Shown: one piece after another, positions 38,658-48,947 of the stretch | How positions within the stretch are numbered: position 1 is the first letter of the stretch | How the letters are laid out: each line of letters starts with the position of its first letter | Source of the DNA: Bacteroidota bacterium | GTDB lineage: Bacteria; Bacteroidota; Bacteroidia; AKYH767-A; 2013-40CM-41-45 | Direction: 5' to 3' | NCBI GenBank assembly: GCA_043783155.1 | Contig: JAYVZS010000065.1 | Coordinates: forward strand, 5,480 to 69,479 | Length of the DNA: 64,000 bases | Translations under genes and position numbers: made by a program | The notes under the pieces: generated by a model | What the model was told of the DNA's origin: nothing | The model's input: only the letters and a program-made list of their open reading frames with translations | The model's database searches: none

Positions 38658-38740
38658 CTTAGCGGGCCTTAGTATTCTCAGTGTCTCCGTAGTTAAAAAT
38701 TTACTACTAAGACACTAAGAACACCGAGAAACACTAAGCG
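38658..38740. repeat. Imperfect intergenic hairpin of the same family as 15206-15269
   Basis: CTTAGTATTCTCAGTGTCTCCGTAGT / ACTACTAAGACACTAAGAACACCGAG. Confidence 0.65.
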
Positions 38741-38754
38741 AATTCTCAGAGATA

Positions 38755-39222
38755 TTGAAAACACTCCGCAACATTTCGTTTTTATCACTGCTTGCATTCC
38801 TTTCTTCATGCGACCGTAGCGTTGTGTTTGAAGAAAATGTCAAGTTTCCCGAAAATCGTTGGGAGATGAATAACATCATCAAGCTCGATGCTGAAATCAA
38901 AGACACCGTTGCGCTTCACAATGTTTACATCAACATTCGCAATGCGGGAGGTTATCAATTCAGCAATTTATATTTGTTTCTTTCCACGCGTACACCGAAA
39001 GGCATTGAAGCACGCGACACCGTTGAGTTAACACTTGCAGACGATCATGGAAAATGGCTGGGCGATGGTTCCGGCGACATCTGGGACAACCGCATTTTAC
39101 TCAAAAGAAATTTTCGTTTTCCGGAAGCCGGCTCTTATCATTTCGAATTACAGCAGGCCATGCGTGTGAATCCTCTTCCACAAATTATGGATGCAGGAAT
39201 GCGAATAGAGAAATCAAAATAA
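38755..39222 (+). CDS. gldH: Gliding motility lipoprotein GldH
   Basis: Lipobox LSSC, IRNAGGYQFSNLYLF, DTVELTLAD..GKWLG.G, QQAMR, VGM/AGMRIEK-type ending; follows ricT. Confidence 0.92.
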   Translation: MKTLRNISFLSLLAFLSSCDRSVVFEENVKFPENRWEMNNIIKLDAEIKDTVALHNVYINIRNAGGYQFSNLYLFLSTRTPKGIEARDTVELTLADDHGKWLGDGSGDIWDNRILLKRNFRFPEAGSYHFELQQAMRVNPLPQIMDAGMRIEKSK

Positions 39223-39395
39223 AATTATTTTGTGATACATTTTTATCCAGTCCCATATTCCAACTTCTAATTTCTAACTTCCGGCCTCGCCTCCGGACAT
39301 TTAACTTTCCTCTAACACCATTCTTTGTTCCTGAAACAGAAATATTATCCTATTTTCGTCTCCCTAATTTGAATTCAACCCAAATACAAGATCAC

Positions 39396-40748
39396 ATGAA
39401 AAAAACAATAATGCTTATGACTGCTTCACTTATACTATTGTGCAGCACATTCGCGGGAACCAACAACGAAGAAAAAATTCTTCCGTACCCGATTCACCAG
39501 AAAAAACTTGCCAACGGAGTGAACGTTGTCACGGTTCCTTATGACAGCCCGGGACTTGCGGCGTTTTACGTTGTTATCCGTGCCGGCTCCCGTGATGAAA
39601 TTGAAGCAGGTCATACCGGTTTCGCACATTTCTTTGAACACATGATGTTTCGCGGTACCGAAAAATATCCAAAAGAAAAATACAGCGAAGTATTGAAGAG
39701 TACGGGCGCCTCTGCGAACGCCAATACAAGCGAGGACCGCACATTGTATCACATGACAGGGAGTGCCGACAAGCTTGAAACGATGTTTGAGATGGAGTCT
39801 GACCGTTTTCAAAACCTCAAATATTCAGTGCAGGATTTCAAGACTGAAGCCGGCGCTGTAAAAGGAGAGTACACAAAAAATTCAGCAAGCCCTTACAATC
39901 AGCTGGACGAAAAAGTTTCGGAGACTGCTTTCAAGACACACACATACGCGCACACCACGATGGGTTATTTCAAAGACATTGTTGACATGCCGAATCAATA
40001 TGATTACTCCATCGAATTCTTCAAGCGTTTTTATCGCCCTGAATATGCAACCATTATTGTTGTGGGTGATGTAACTCCGGAACGCGTGGAAACATTGTCG
40101 GAAAAATATTTTGGTAAATGGCAGCATGGAAATTATGTTTCTCATATTCCTCAAGAGCCGGTTCAGACTGAAACGCGTTACACACATATACAGAAATCCG
40201 GCTTCCCCCCTTACCTCAACCTCAATTACAAAGGACCTTCTTTTGATGACAAGTCGATGGACATGCCTGCGCTGGATGTACTCTCTTCTATTTTATTTTC
40301 AGAAAAAAGTGATTTGTATAAAAAGCTCGTGCTTGCTGAACAAAAAGTTCGCAGCATCAATGGCGGTGCGAACGACACCCGTGATCCGAACCTCATCAGC
40401 ATCGGCGCTTCATTGGTAAAAGCGGAAGACATGCAATATGTAAAAGATGAAATTACAAAAGTGCTTGCGGAAGCGAAAACAAAAAGACAGGATCCGCAGG
40501 TACTTGCTGATACTAAATCCCATTTGAAATACAGTTTCGCGATGAACATTGATAACCCGACTGTTATAGCCGAATCGTTGTCTCATTATACCTGGCTCAC
40601 GGGAGATCCTGAATCGCTGAATCGTTTGTATGCATTGTATGATAAAGTTACTGTTGATGATCTGCTCAATGTAGCGAACAAATATTTTATCAACACAGGA
40701 CTTACCGTTGCAACCATTTCTCCTTCAGCAGAAGTAGGTGTGAAATAA
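39396..40748 (+). CDS. M16 (pitrilysin) family zinc peptidase, catalytic subunit
   Basis: GSRDE..GHTGFAHFFEHMMFRGT (inverted HxxEH), NANTSEDRT, ESDR, FYRP. Start placed at MKKTIML (39396). Confidence 0.93.
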   Translation: MKKTIMLMTASLILLCSTFAGTNNEEKILPYPIHQKKLANGVNVVTVPYDSPGLAAFYVVIRAGSRDEIEAGHTGFAHFFEHMMFRGTEKYPKEKYSEVLKSTGASANANTSEDRTLYHMTGSADKLETMFEMESDRFQNLKYSVQDFKTEAGAVKGEYTKNSASPYNQLDEKVSETAFKTHTYAHTTMGYFKDIVDMPNQYDYSIEFFKRFYRPEYATIIVVGDVTPERVETLSEKYFGKWQHGNYVSHIPQEPVQTETRYTHIQKSGFPPYLNLNYKGPSFDDKSMDMPALDVLSSILFSEKSDLYKKLVLAEQKVRSINGGANDTRDPNLISIGASLVKAEDMQYVKDEITKVLAEAKTKRQDPQVLADTKSHLKYSFAMNIDNPTVIAESLSHYTWLTGDPESLNRLYALYDKVTVDDLLNVANKYFINTGLTVATISPSAEVGVK

Positions 40749-40807
40749 AATGATCATTCACAATTGCAGAAACTAAAAACCAAGAACTTAAAACTAAGAA
40801 CCATCCT

Positions 40808-42403
40808 ATGAAAACTAAACTATATTCAACACTTATTCTCCTTTTTATTGTCGGCTGCACAGCTAATAAACAGGAAGGGATTGAACTGAAATTGCCGAAG
40901 TCGAACAAGATTGTTATCAAGTTGATGTTCCGGAACGGCTCTATTTGTGATCCGAAAGGAAAAGAAGGACTAACCGGCTTAACAACTTCATTGATCGCTG
41001 AGGGCGGAACGAAAGAACTGACAAATTCCCAGATCACCGATAAAATATATCCGTGGGCCGCTTCTTATTCTGCTTCTTGTGATAAAGAAGTTTCCGTTTT
41101 TACATTCCAGGTCCCAAAAGTTTTTCTAAGCCAGTTTTATCCGATCATCAAAGGTCTGTTACTGACACCCTCATTTACACAGGAAGATTTTGACCGTGTG
41201 AAATCGAACCAGCAGAATTATGTTGACCAGGTGATCCGGGCTTCATCCGATGAAGAGTACAGCAAAAAAGAGCTGGAAGATTTTCTTTTCCGCGGAACAA
41301 ATTACCAGCATCTAACGGCCGGAACAACGCAAGGATTGAAATCGGTAACCCTCGAAGATGTAAAATCACAGTACAAAAATTTCTTCACACGTAACAACAT
41401 CACCATTGGCATTGCCGGAGATTATACGTCTGATTTTTTTTCAACGCTTAAATCAGACATGGGTGCTTTATCCGAAGTTCAGCCGGTGGTTCCTCAACCG
41501 GATAAAGCAAAAATGCCGGACGGACTGAACGTTGAAATTGTTTCCAAAGAAAATGCTCTCGGATCGGCCATCTTCGCCGGTTTCCCAATGGACATCACAC
41601 GGTCGAACGACGACTTCGCTGCATTGATGGTAGCGAACTCATGGCTGGGCGAACACCGTAAATCATATTCCCGACTGTATCAGAAAATCCGTGAAGCGCG
41701 TTCGATGAATTACGGAGACTATACCTATATAGAATGGTATGAAAACGGCGGAGGTAACATGTTGCCGGTATCCGGAGTTCCTCGGTCATCCAATTATTTC
41801 AGCACCTGGATACGCCCCGTTCAAACAGCCAAAGGATTGAAAGGACAATACCCTGAGCTGAACGATATCAACATCGGTCATGCTCATTTCGCGTTACGCA
41901 TGGTCTTGAATGAAATGGATGCACTCATTCAAAATGGAATGACACAGGATGCGTTTAACCTTACCCGTGATTTCCTCCGCAGTTATATGAAGCTCTACAT
42001 CCAAAGCCCGGAACGACAATTGGGATTTCTGATGGATTCACATTTCTACGGAAGAAAAGATTACATCATGGAAATGGATAAGCTTCTCGCGAAACTTACA
42101 GTAGCGGATGTGAATACTGCCATTAAAAAATACTGGCAAACCAAGAACATGGACATCGTCATCATCACCGATAAAACGGAAGCCGAACCGCTTGCAAAAA
42201 GTTTAAGAGAGAACGCTCCGTCGCCGATGTCTTATTCCAACACATTGAAGTCGGCGTTGTCGAAAGATATTCTTGAGGAAGATAAAACGGTTGAGAAATA
42301 TCCCATGCCCGTAAAGAATGTAAAAGTTGTCAATTCTGATGATACCTTCCGGTCCACTTACAATTCGAAAGACAGTAAAGGCACACTTAGCCAGAAGAAT
42401 TGA
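40808..42403 (+). CDS. M16 family peptidase-like lipoprotein, non-catalytic subunit
   Basis: Lipobox IVGC, GS..DPKGKEGL, LYQKIREAR...YG; no HxxEH. Confidence 0.88.
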   Translation: MKTKLYSTLILLFIVGCTANKQEGIELKLPKSNKIVIKLMFRNGSICDPKGKEGLTGLTTSLIAEGGTKELTNSQITDKIYPWAASYSASCDKEVSVFTFQVPKVFLSQFYPIIKGLLLTPSFTQEDFDRVKSNQQNYVDQVIRASSDEEYSKKELEDFLFRGTNYQHLTAGTTQGLKSVTLEDVKSQYKNFFTRNNITIGIAGDYTSDFFSTLKSDMGALSEVQPVVPQPDKAKMPDGLNVEIVSKENALGSAIFAGFPMDITRSNDDFAALMVANSWLGEHRKSYSRLYQKIREARSMNYGDYTYIEWYENGGGNMLPVSGVPRSSNYFSTWIRPVQTAKGLKGQYPELNDINIGHAHFALRMVLNEMDALIQNGMTQDAFNLTRDFLRSYMKLYIQSPERQLGFLMDSHFYGRKDYIMEMDKLLAKLTVADVNTAIKKYWQTKNMDIVIITDKTEAEPLAKSLRENAPSPMSYSNTLKSALSKDILEEDKTVEKYPMPVKNVKVVNSDDTFRSTYNSKDSKGTLSQKN

Positions 42404-42488
42404 GAATAAAATATCGAACCGTTCGGTTGGTCTTACTTTCATTGAATAAAAGTTGAAACACCATGGTCAACCCTTGGTAAGTAAAGTC

Positions 42489-43490
42489 TTATTTGACTTC
42501 CTTTTTATTTAATGGTTTTACATAGAATGCATCCCCGTGCTCCATTTTATATTTATTGATCAGACTATATAAGTCTTTATAACTCGTTTTCTCTTCTTCA
42601 ATTTGCCGGATAAATTCTACGCAGCCGGGAAAGTATTTCTTTAAGCCATCAACAAAATCAACTTTACTTAAATGAGCGACAAATTCATCGCCTTTAAAAA
42701 TATAATATCCCAGCCCCTCAAATCCCATAAACTTCCTGAACTCCCCGTCGTCATTAACCCCTGTTGCAAAGTAGACCACGAGAAGTTTATAGGCAGTGTC
42801 TTTTATGCAGAGCTGCATGTACGTGTATTTATTCGGCTTCTTCTCCGGCCAAAAAGGATGAGCTTCATAAATTTTATTATAGTGATGGTGCTTATTCAGA
42901 TTTAATAAAGCCCAACTCCGGCTATCAGTTTGCTTAAAGGCAGCCACATCATTATTAGACATGGATTGTCTGCGGCCATTAATGGGTGTATAAAAAACAC
43001 GACCCCATTCATCCCAAATATCCGGTTCACAATAAATCGTATCGTGTTTAAAAGTAATCAGGTAAAAATTATCTTCTGTGTTATAGAAACTCTGCTTATT
43101 TATTTTCTCCGTTGGATTTTGGCCTGACTTCAGTTCCTGCTCATAATATTTTTGTGAATACGGAGTAATTGCTCCCGACCATACATCGATTAAACCACCA
43201 AGAATTGTCGGGATATCTACAATGGCCAGAGGATGTAATCTTTTCTTCAATTGAAACGTTTTCCTTTTATACCCTTCCTTAATAAGTGTCACTTGTTTTT
43301 TTGAAATCGAACGTTTCATTTCGAGTGTTAGAGGGGTCTCCCCTACATATTTTCCATTGATTTCCACTTTTGCATTTTGAGGGAGAGACGCGATGTGTAT
43401 CGTGTCATGAGAACCTGAGTAAAAAGTTGCACAGCCGGGAAGGAGTATTGTCAGGAAAATAATGGTTACGCGGAAAACTCTGTCTTTCAT
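42489..43490 (-). CDS. PEGA domain lipoprotein
   Basis: LPGC lipobox, SLPQNAKVEINGKYVGETP...LIKEGY. Confidence 0.8.
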   Translation of the reverse strand: MKDRVFRVTIIFLTILLPGCATFYSGSHDTIHIASLPQNAKVEINGKYVGETPLTLEMKRSISKKQVTLIKEGYKRKTFQLKKRLHPLAIVDIPTILGGLIDVWSGAITPYSQKYYEQELKSGQNPTEKINKQSFYNTEDNFYLITFKHDTIYCEPDIWDEWGRVFYTPINGRRQSMSNNDVAAFKQTDSRSWALLNLNKHHHYNKIYEAHPFWPEKKPNKYTYMQLCIKDTAYKLLVVYFATGVNDDGEFRKFMGFEGLGYYIFKGDEFVAHLSKVDFVDGLKKYFPGCVEFIRQIEEEKTSYKDLYSLINKYKMEHGDAFYVKPLNKKEVK

Positions 43491-43700
43491 TGGTTGTTAC
43501 ATTAGGTTTAGCAAAATAAGGGAAATAATCTAAAATTTTATGTAAAGAGATTCCATCAAGGAAAAAAAGCGGGAGAATAAAATGAAAGAGATGCGGGGTG
43601 GGAAAAACGGGGCGATATTTCGTAAGCAGACGTTGGAAATAGAAAATTACAGAGAATAAAATTACAGACTATAAGGCTCTATGGTTTACCGATAGAGCTT

Positions 43701-44306
43701 TTATTGGATCGTCAGTAACCCCGTAAACTTCACTTTGTTCTCAAGGAACAACTGAAATGTATACGTTCCGCTTTTCAGTTTTCCTTTTGATAGTTCAATA
43801 GCGTTGCTCCTGATGTTGTTGATCACCTTCACTTTTTTGCCAAGTTTGTCGAGCAGTACAAAATCAAATTCGTCGTTGCAATCGTTTTGAAAATAAAGAA
43901 TGCTTTTATCTTTTATTGGATTCGGTTTCAGCACGTATCCTTTATCACCAAAATCAGTGAACCGAATTTTGATGTAATCGGAAGTGCCCAGGTTCGTTAG
44001 ATCAAGCTGGTAAAAATTGTCAGCGTTTTTTACCGGTGAGATATCCGTAAAAGAATAGGTTTCATCCGTTGCGCTGTTGCCACAAACTCCTGTCAGTTGC
44101 CCGATCTCGGTAAAATCGCGGTCATTTGTTGAACGTAAAATCCGAACTCCATCACAACGGTTACCGGCACGAATAACAAATGTAAGTTGGATCACTTTTC
44201 CTGTCTGAATGCCGTCGAAATGAGCCAACGACTGACGATCCTGTGCATTTACCGAAACGACTGAAGAAAACAAAAATAAAAAAGAGGCAAACAACTTGTT
44301 TAGCAT
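43701..44306 (-). CDS. Small T9SS-sorted protein
   Basis: Signal peptide, RSTNDRDFTEIG...YSFTD...FYQL, and CTD-like KPNP...LKSGTYTFQL. Confidence 0.8.
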   Translation of the reverse strand: MLNKLFASFLFLFSSVVSVNAQDRQSLAHFDGIQTGKVIQLTFVIRAGNRCDGVRILRSTNDRDFTEIGQLTGVCGNSATDETYSFTDISPVKNADNFYQLDLTNLGTSDYIKIRFTDFGDKGYVLKPNPIKDKSILYFQNDCNDEFDFVLLDKLGKKVKVINNIRSNAIELSKGKLKSGTYTFQLFLENKVKFTGLLTIQ

Positions 44307-44427
44307 GGTAGGTAAAGGTAAAAAAATATTGTTGACTACTTCACGTTTTAAGGTCTGGAAACGAAATTCATCCTCTCAGAATTTTATTACTTTTACCTCC
44401 CAATCAGAAATATCCCGCAACATTTTT

Positions 44428-46638
44428 ATGGGTACTAAGAAAGACCATTCGCGCTACAAAAAATACCTCCTTGTTTTCTGGTTGATTGTGCTGCTGCCGT
44501 TTTTAGGAATCACCCTCTTTCTCTTCCTCGTTTCAAACGGCACCTTCGGTGAATTGCCTACGTTCGAAGAACTGGAAAATCCCAAAAGCAATCTTGCTTC
44601 TGAAATTATTTCGAGCGATCATGTCGTGCTCGGAAAATATTATGTACAGAACCGCACCAATGTTCATTACAATGAACTGTCGCCGAACCTGATCAATGCA
44701 TTAAAAGCGACTGAGGACATTCGCTTCGAACAACACTCCGGTATTGATATCCGCGGACTGATGCGTGTACTTTTCAGAGCCGGCACAGCCGGTGGAGGAA
44801 GCACTCTCACCCAACAGCTGGCAAAAAATCTTTTTCATGACCGCCCTAACACAAAGATGGAGCGAATCATTCAGAAGATTCAAGAGTGGATAATCGCCGT
44901 CCGTCTTGAACGAAATTATACGAAGGAAGAAATTCTCGCCATGTACCTGAACACGGTTGAGTTCGGCAGCAATGCTTTCGGAATAAAATCGGCAGCAAGA
45001 ACTTTTTTCAACCAGGTGCCAGGTACATTGAATGTACAGGAATCTGCTGTGCTTGTCGGTTTGCTGAAAGCACCTACACAATATAGCCCCGTGCGCAATC
45101 CGAAAAATTCTTTTGAACGCAGGAATACTGTACTCGGTCAGATGAGAAAATATAGTTTTCTTAGCGAGCATCAGTTTGATTCTCTGAAAGTAATTCCCAT
45201 CAAACTTCATTATCAATCAGAAGATCACAACTACGGAATGGCTACTCATTTTCGTGAATCACTTCGCGGAGAAATGTTACAATGGTGCAAAGAACATAAA
45301 AAGGCCGACGGTCATCCGTATAATCTCTACACCGACGGGTTGAAAATATACACCACCATCGATTCACGGATGCAGCGTTACGCGGAAGAAGCCATGCGTG
45401 AACATCTCTCCGAATTACAGAAAGCTTTTTTTGTTCATTGGAAAGGAAAAGAGCCATGGGCCGAGCACAAAGAGATTATCGCCGACGCAATGAAAAAAAG
45501 CGAACGGTATATAGCGCTGAAGGATTCAGGCCTGAGTGCAAAAGAAATTGAAAAAAATTTCAACAGGAAAGTGAAGATGACTCTCTTTTCCTGGAGAGGA
45601 GATATTGACACAACCTTGTCGCCGCTCGACAGCATCAAGTATTACAAGATGATTCTCCAAAGCGGATTCATGTCGATGGAACCGCAAACCGGTTATGTAC
45701 GCGCATGGGTGGGTGGATTGGATTACCGTTATTTTAAATATGATCACGTGAAAGAAGGAACACGGCAGGTAGGTTCAACCTTCAAAGCTTTTCTTTATAC
45801 GCTTGCTATGCAGGAAGGATATTCTCCGTGTTATAAAATTCCGGATGTAGCTGTTACTATTCCAATGCCTCCGCCTCAACCGGCATGGTCACCTCAAAAC
45901 GCTGATGGAGTGCCATCGGGTAAAATGATGACTTTGAAATACGGACTTGCGGAATCGGTTAACAATCTCTCTGCTTACCTGATGAAACAATTCGGTCCGC
46001 AAGCCATGATAGACATTGCACGCCGAATGGGAATCACCAGTCCGATTGATGTTGTCCCTTCCATTTGCCTTGGAACATGCGATGTATCGGTTTATGAAAT
46101 GGTTGGTGCGTATTCAACATTTGTGAACAAAGGAGTCTGGACAGAACCCATTTATAAAACACGAATCGAAGATAAAAACGGAAATGTATTGCAGGAATTT
46201 GTTCCAAGAAAAGTGGAAGCAATCAGTGAGGAAACAGCTTACCTGATGATCAACCTTCTTGAAGGAGTCGTTCAGTTTGGTACCGGTGCAAGGTTGCGTG
46301 GACAATATAAATTTACCAATGCCATGGCCGGAAAAACAGGTACGACACAAAATCAAAGTGACGGCTGGTACATGGGACTTACACCGAATCTTGTTTCCGG
46401 GTGCTGGGTAGGATGTGAAGATCGTCTCGTTCATTTCCGTTCTCTTGAGCAGGGACAAGGCGCGCGAACAGCAATGCCGATCTGGGCGTTGTACATGAAA
46501 AAGATTTATGCCGATAAAACACTTAAAGTTTCAATGGGTGATTTCGAAAAACCGTCACAACCGATTTCAGTGGAGCTCGACTGTGATAAGTACAAACAGC
46601 CGGGAGAGGATGAAAAAAATTCTGAACACAATTTTTAA
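44428..46638 (+). CDS. Class A penicillin-binding protein (PBP1A-like transglycosylase/transpeptidase)
   Basis: ATEDIRF..H.GID, GGSTLTQQLAKNL, K..E, YLN; transpeptidase STFK, SVN, GKTGT. Start placed at ATG 44428. Confidence 0.95.
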   Translation: MGTKKDHSRYKKYLLVFWLIVLLPFLGITLFLFLVSNGTFGELPTFEELENPKSNLASEIISSDHVVLGKYYVQNRTNVHYNELSPNLINALKATEDIRFEQHSGIDIRGLMRVLFRAGTAGGGSTLTQQLAKNLFHDRPNTKMERIIQKIQEWIIAVRLERNYTKEEILAMYLNTVEFGSNAFGIKSAARTFFNQVPGTLNVQESAVLVGLLKAPTQYSPVRNPKNSFERRNTVLGQMRKYSFLSEHQFDSLKVIPIKLHYQSEDHNYGMATHFRESLRGEMLQWCKEHKKADGHPYNLYTDGLKIYTTIDSRMQRYAEEAMREHLSELQKAFFVHWKGKEPWAEHKEIIADAMKKSERYIALKDSGLSAKEIEKNFNRKVKMTLFSWRGDIDTTLSPLDSIKYYKMILQSGFMSMEPQTGYVRAWVGGLDYRYFKYDHVKEGTRQVGSTFKAFLYTLAMQEGYSPCYKIPDVAVTIPMPPPQPAWSPQNADGVPSGKMMTLKYGLAESVNNLSAYLMKQFGPQAMIDIARRMGITSPIDVVPSICLGTCDVSVYEMVGAYSTFVNKGVWTEPIYKTRIEDKNGNVLQEFVPRKVEAISEETAYLMINLLEGVVQFGTGARLRGQYKFTNAMAGKTGTTQNQSDGWYMGLTPNLVSGCWVGCEDRLVHFRSLEQGQGARTAMPIWALYMKKIYADKTLKVSMGDFEKPSQPISVELDCDKYKQPGEDEKNSEHNF

Positions 46639-46707
46639 TTTGCACGTGTTGCGATTATCGAATCAACCTCTGAACTAAGTAATCAATACCAATCAACTAG
46701 TTTAAAC

Positions 46708-47406
46708 ATGAATAAGGTTGTAAAAAATTCTGAAGAAGCCATTCGCGGTATACAGGATGGAATGACTCTGATGGTAGGAGGTTTCGGGCTATGTGGCATT
46801 CCGGAAAACTGCATCGCCGCACTTGTAAAATCAGGCGTGAAAAAATTAACATGTATTTCCAATAACGCAGGTGTTGATGACTTCGGCCTTGGGTTGCTGC
46901 TGCAACAACGGCAGATCAAAAAAATGATTTCATCGTACGTCGGTGAAAATGCAGAGTTTGAACGACAGATGTTAAGTGGTGAACTCGAAGTTGAATTAGT
47001 TCCGCAGGGAACTCTTGCCACCCGTTGTCTTGCTGCCGGTTACGGAATGCCCGTTGTGTACACGCCCGCCGGCGTGGGAACAGAAGTAGCTATCGGGAAA
47101 GAAGTTCGTAACTTCAAAGGCAAAGATTATCTGATGGAATATGCCTTTGAAGCAGACTTCGCGATCGTGAAAGCGTGGAAAGGCGATACGCATGGCAACC
47201 TGGTTTTTCATGAAACGGCACGCAACTTTAACCCGCTGATGGCGATGGCAGGAAAAATTACCATTGCGGAAGTGGAACACCTTGTCGAGCCCGGTACTCT
47301 TGATCCTGATCATATTCACACGCCTGGAATTTATATTCATCGCATTTTTGAAGGGACGAAATATGAGAAACGCATTGAGCAGCGAACTGTAAAAAACAGA
47401 ACCTGA
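46708..47406 (+). CDS. scoA: 3-oxoacid CoA-transferase subunit A
   Basis: [42 protein letters not shown]. Confidence 0.93.
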   Translation: MNKVVKNSEEAIRGIQDGMTLMVGGFGLCGIPENCIAALVKSGVKKLTCISNNAGVDDFGLGLLLQQRQIKKMISSYVGENAEFERQMLSGELEVELVPQGTLATRCLAAGYGMPVVYTPAGVGTEVAIGKEVRNFKGKDYLMEYAFEADFAIVKAWKGDTHGNLVFHETARNFNPLMAMAGKITIAEVEHLVEPGTLDPDHIHTPGIYIHRIFEGTKYEKRIEQRTVKNRT

Positions 47407-47438
47407 ATGTTGTTTCATAAAACATTTATTTTCACGCG

Positions 47439-48947
47439 TTGACAAATCATCGTCCTTTTCGCTGGAGTGTTGCAGCTGCAATTGCCATTGCCTGTTTTTG
47501 TTTTTTTTATACGTTGTGTCGCGCGGAGAAATTATCCATGACGTGTGACGAAGCTTATACCTACCAGATTTTTCATGGTAATTCAGATCCGCTGCATACC
47601 GCAAATCATCATATTTTGAATACCTATATGATGCGGGCTTTTTCAATCGTTTTTGGAGAAAGTAAATTCGTCCTGAGATCGCCCAACCTGGTCGCTCATT
47701 TATTATTCCTGTTTTTTGGTTATTTAATTTTAACACGATTAAAAAAACAATGGCTGGTAATTGCTGCATACCTGTCATTGAATCTGAACCCGTTTCTTCT
47801 TGAGTTCTTTTCCCTCGCGCGCGGCTATGGATTGTCAATGGGCTTCATGACAGCAGGTCTCTGGATGTTTTTAATGCATCTTGAAAAACAAACGGACCAG
47901 CAAAAAAAACCCATTCAATTTTTGTACGGCGCATTCATCTGCGCAGCCCTGGCCGTGCTTTCCAATTTTATGATGACTTATTTTTATGTTGGCCTGCTAT
48001 CTCTTTATTTTTTTATGGAAGTAAGAAAATCATCTTCCCCAAAAAAAATTGTTATACATTTAAAAAAGAATGCCGGTTTTTATTTTTTAAATTTTTTGTT
48101 TCTGATTTTTGTTTACCGTAATGTTTCTGTGCTTAACCGGGAACATCAACTTTATTACGGAGGCCAGCTTGGATTTTACTCTGATACTATTTCTTCCTTA
48201 GTGGATGACTCGCTGTCAGAAAAAATAAGGTACTTTAATGTTTCCGTTATTCCCGATCATTTTTTCAGTCTTGCCGTAGTCATTCTTTTCATACTCGCAA
48301 CCCTTACTTTATTAAAAAGCATACTCGTTAAGCAGATAAAGATTGATTTTTCCATTCTCTTTTACCTGCTGAGCATTACATGTTTACTACCCGTTATTTT
48401 GTGGTGGCTTACCGGTACGCTTTTACCAACCAACAGGACTGCCCTGGTTTATTATCCTTTATTCATCCTGATGCTTTTTTTTATGCTGAAAGAATTAACC
48501 CTGTCACAAAAAAAAACAGTAAAGATTTTTTCTCTAGTTTTTAGTTTGTTTATTTGCTCCTTGTTAGTCGCCAACATGGCTTTCAGCGCCAACTTTAAAA
48601 ATACGACTGAATGGAAGTATGACGCGAACGATGAAAATATGATTCAGGCGCTTCGGGATGATGTATTAAAAAGACATGCGTCACGTCAGGTTTCACTGGG
48701 TGTCAATTGGCTGTTCGAAGCCAGCATCAACTACTATCGTGAATACAAAGAATTAACCTGGTTGAAACCGGTTAATCACAATGATTACGACACAACTTCA
48801 TTTGACTATTTTTACATCTTTGCAGATGATTCTTTCCACACAGCTTCAAAAATTGAAATTGACACTGTAAAGAAATTTGAATCAACAATTTTACTTCGAA
48901 AAAAAACTAACTCATGCTTGATAAAACCGGGATCGCAAAAAGAATAG
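47439..48947 (+). CDS. GT-C-like polytopic membrane protein
   Basis: TCDEAYTY acidic loop motif, ANHHILNT, FSLARGYG, about 11 hydrophobic segments, soluble C-terminal domain. Confidence 0.75.
   Translation: MTNHRPFRWSVAAAIAIACFCFFYTLCRAEKLSMTCDEAYTYQIFHGNSDPLHTANHHILNTYMMRAFSIVFGESKFVLRSPNLVAHLLFLFFGYLILTRLKKQWLVIAAYLSLNLNPFLLEFFSLARGYGLSMGFMTAGLWMFLMHLEKQTDQQKKPIQFLYGAFICAALAVLSNFMMTYFYVGLLSLYFFMEVRKSSSPKKIVIHLKKNAGFYFLNFLFLIFVYRNVSVLNREHQLYYGGQLGFYSDTISSLVDDSLSEKIRYFNVSVIPDHFFSLAVVILFILATLTLLKSILVKQIKIDFSILFYLLSITCLLPVILWWLTGTLLPTNRTALVYYPLFILMLFFMLKELTLSQKKTVKIFSLVFSLFICSLLVANMAFSANFKNTTEWKYDANDENMIQALRDDVLKRHASRQVSLGVNWLFEASINYYREYKELTWLKPVNHNDYDTTSFDYFYIFADDSFHTASKIEIDTVKKFESTILLRKKTNSCLIKPGSQKE

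Noticed and set aside
38143-38718. Leu/Val/Ala-rich ORFs (38143..38634, 38157..38606, 38230..38718)
   Set aside because: They are alternate-frame or antisense shadows of the low-complexity Q/N/P tail of ricT.
43560-43620. G-tract cluster as a possible G-quadruplex or terminator
   Set aside because: The G-runs are irregular and widely spaced, with no clear stem plus U-tract.
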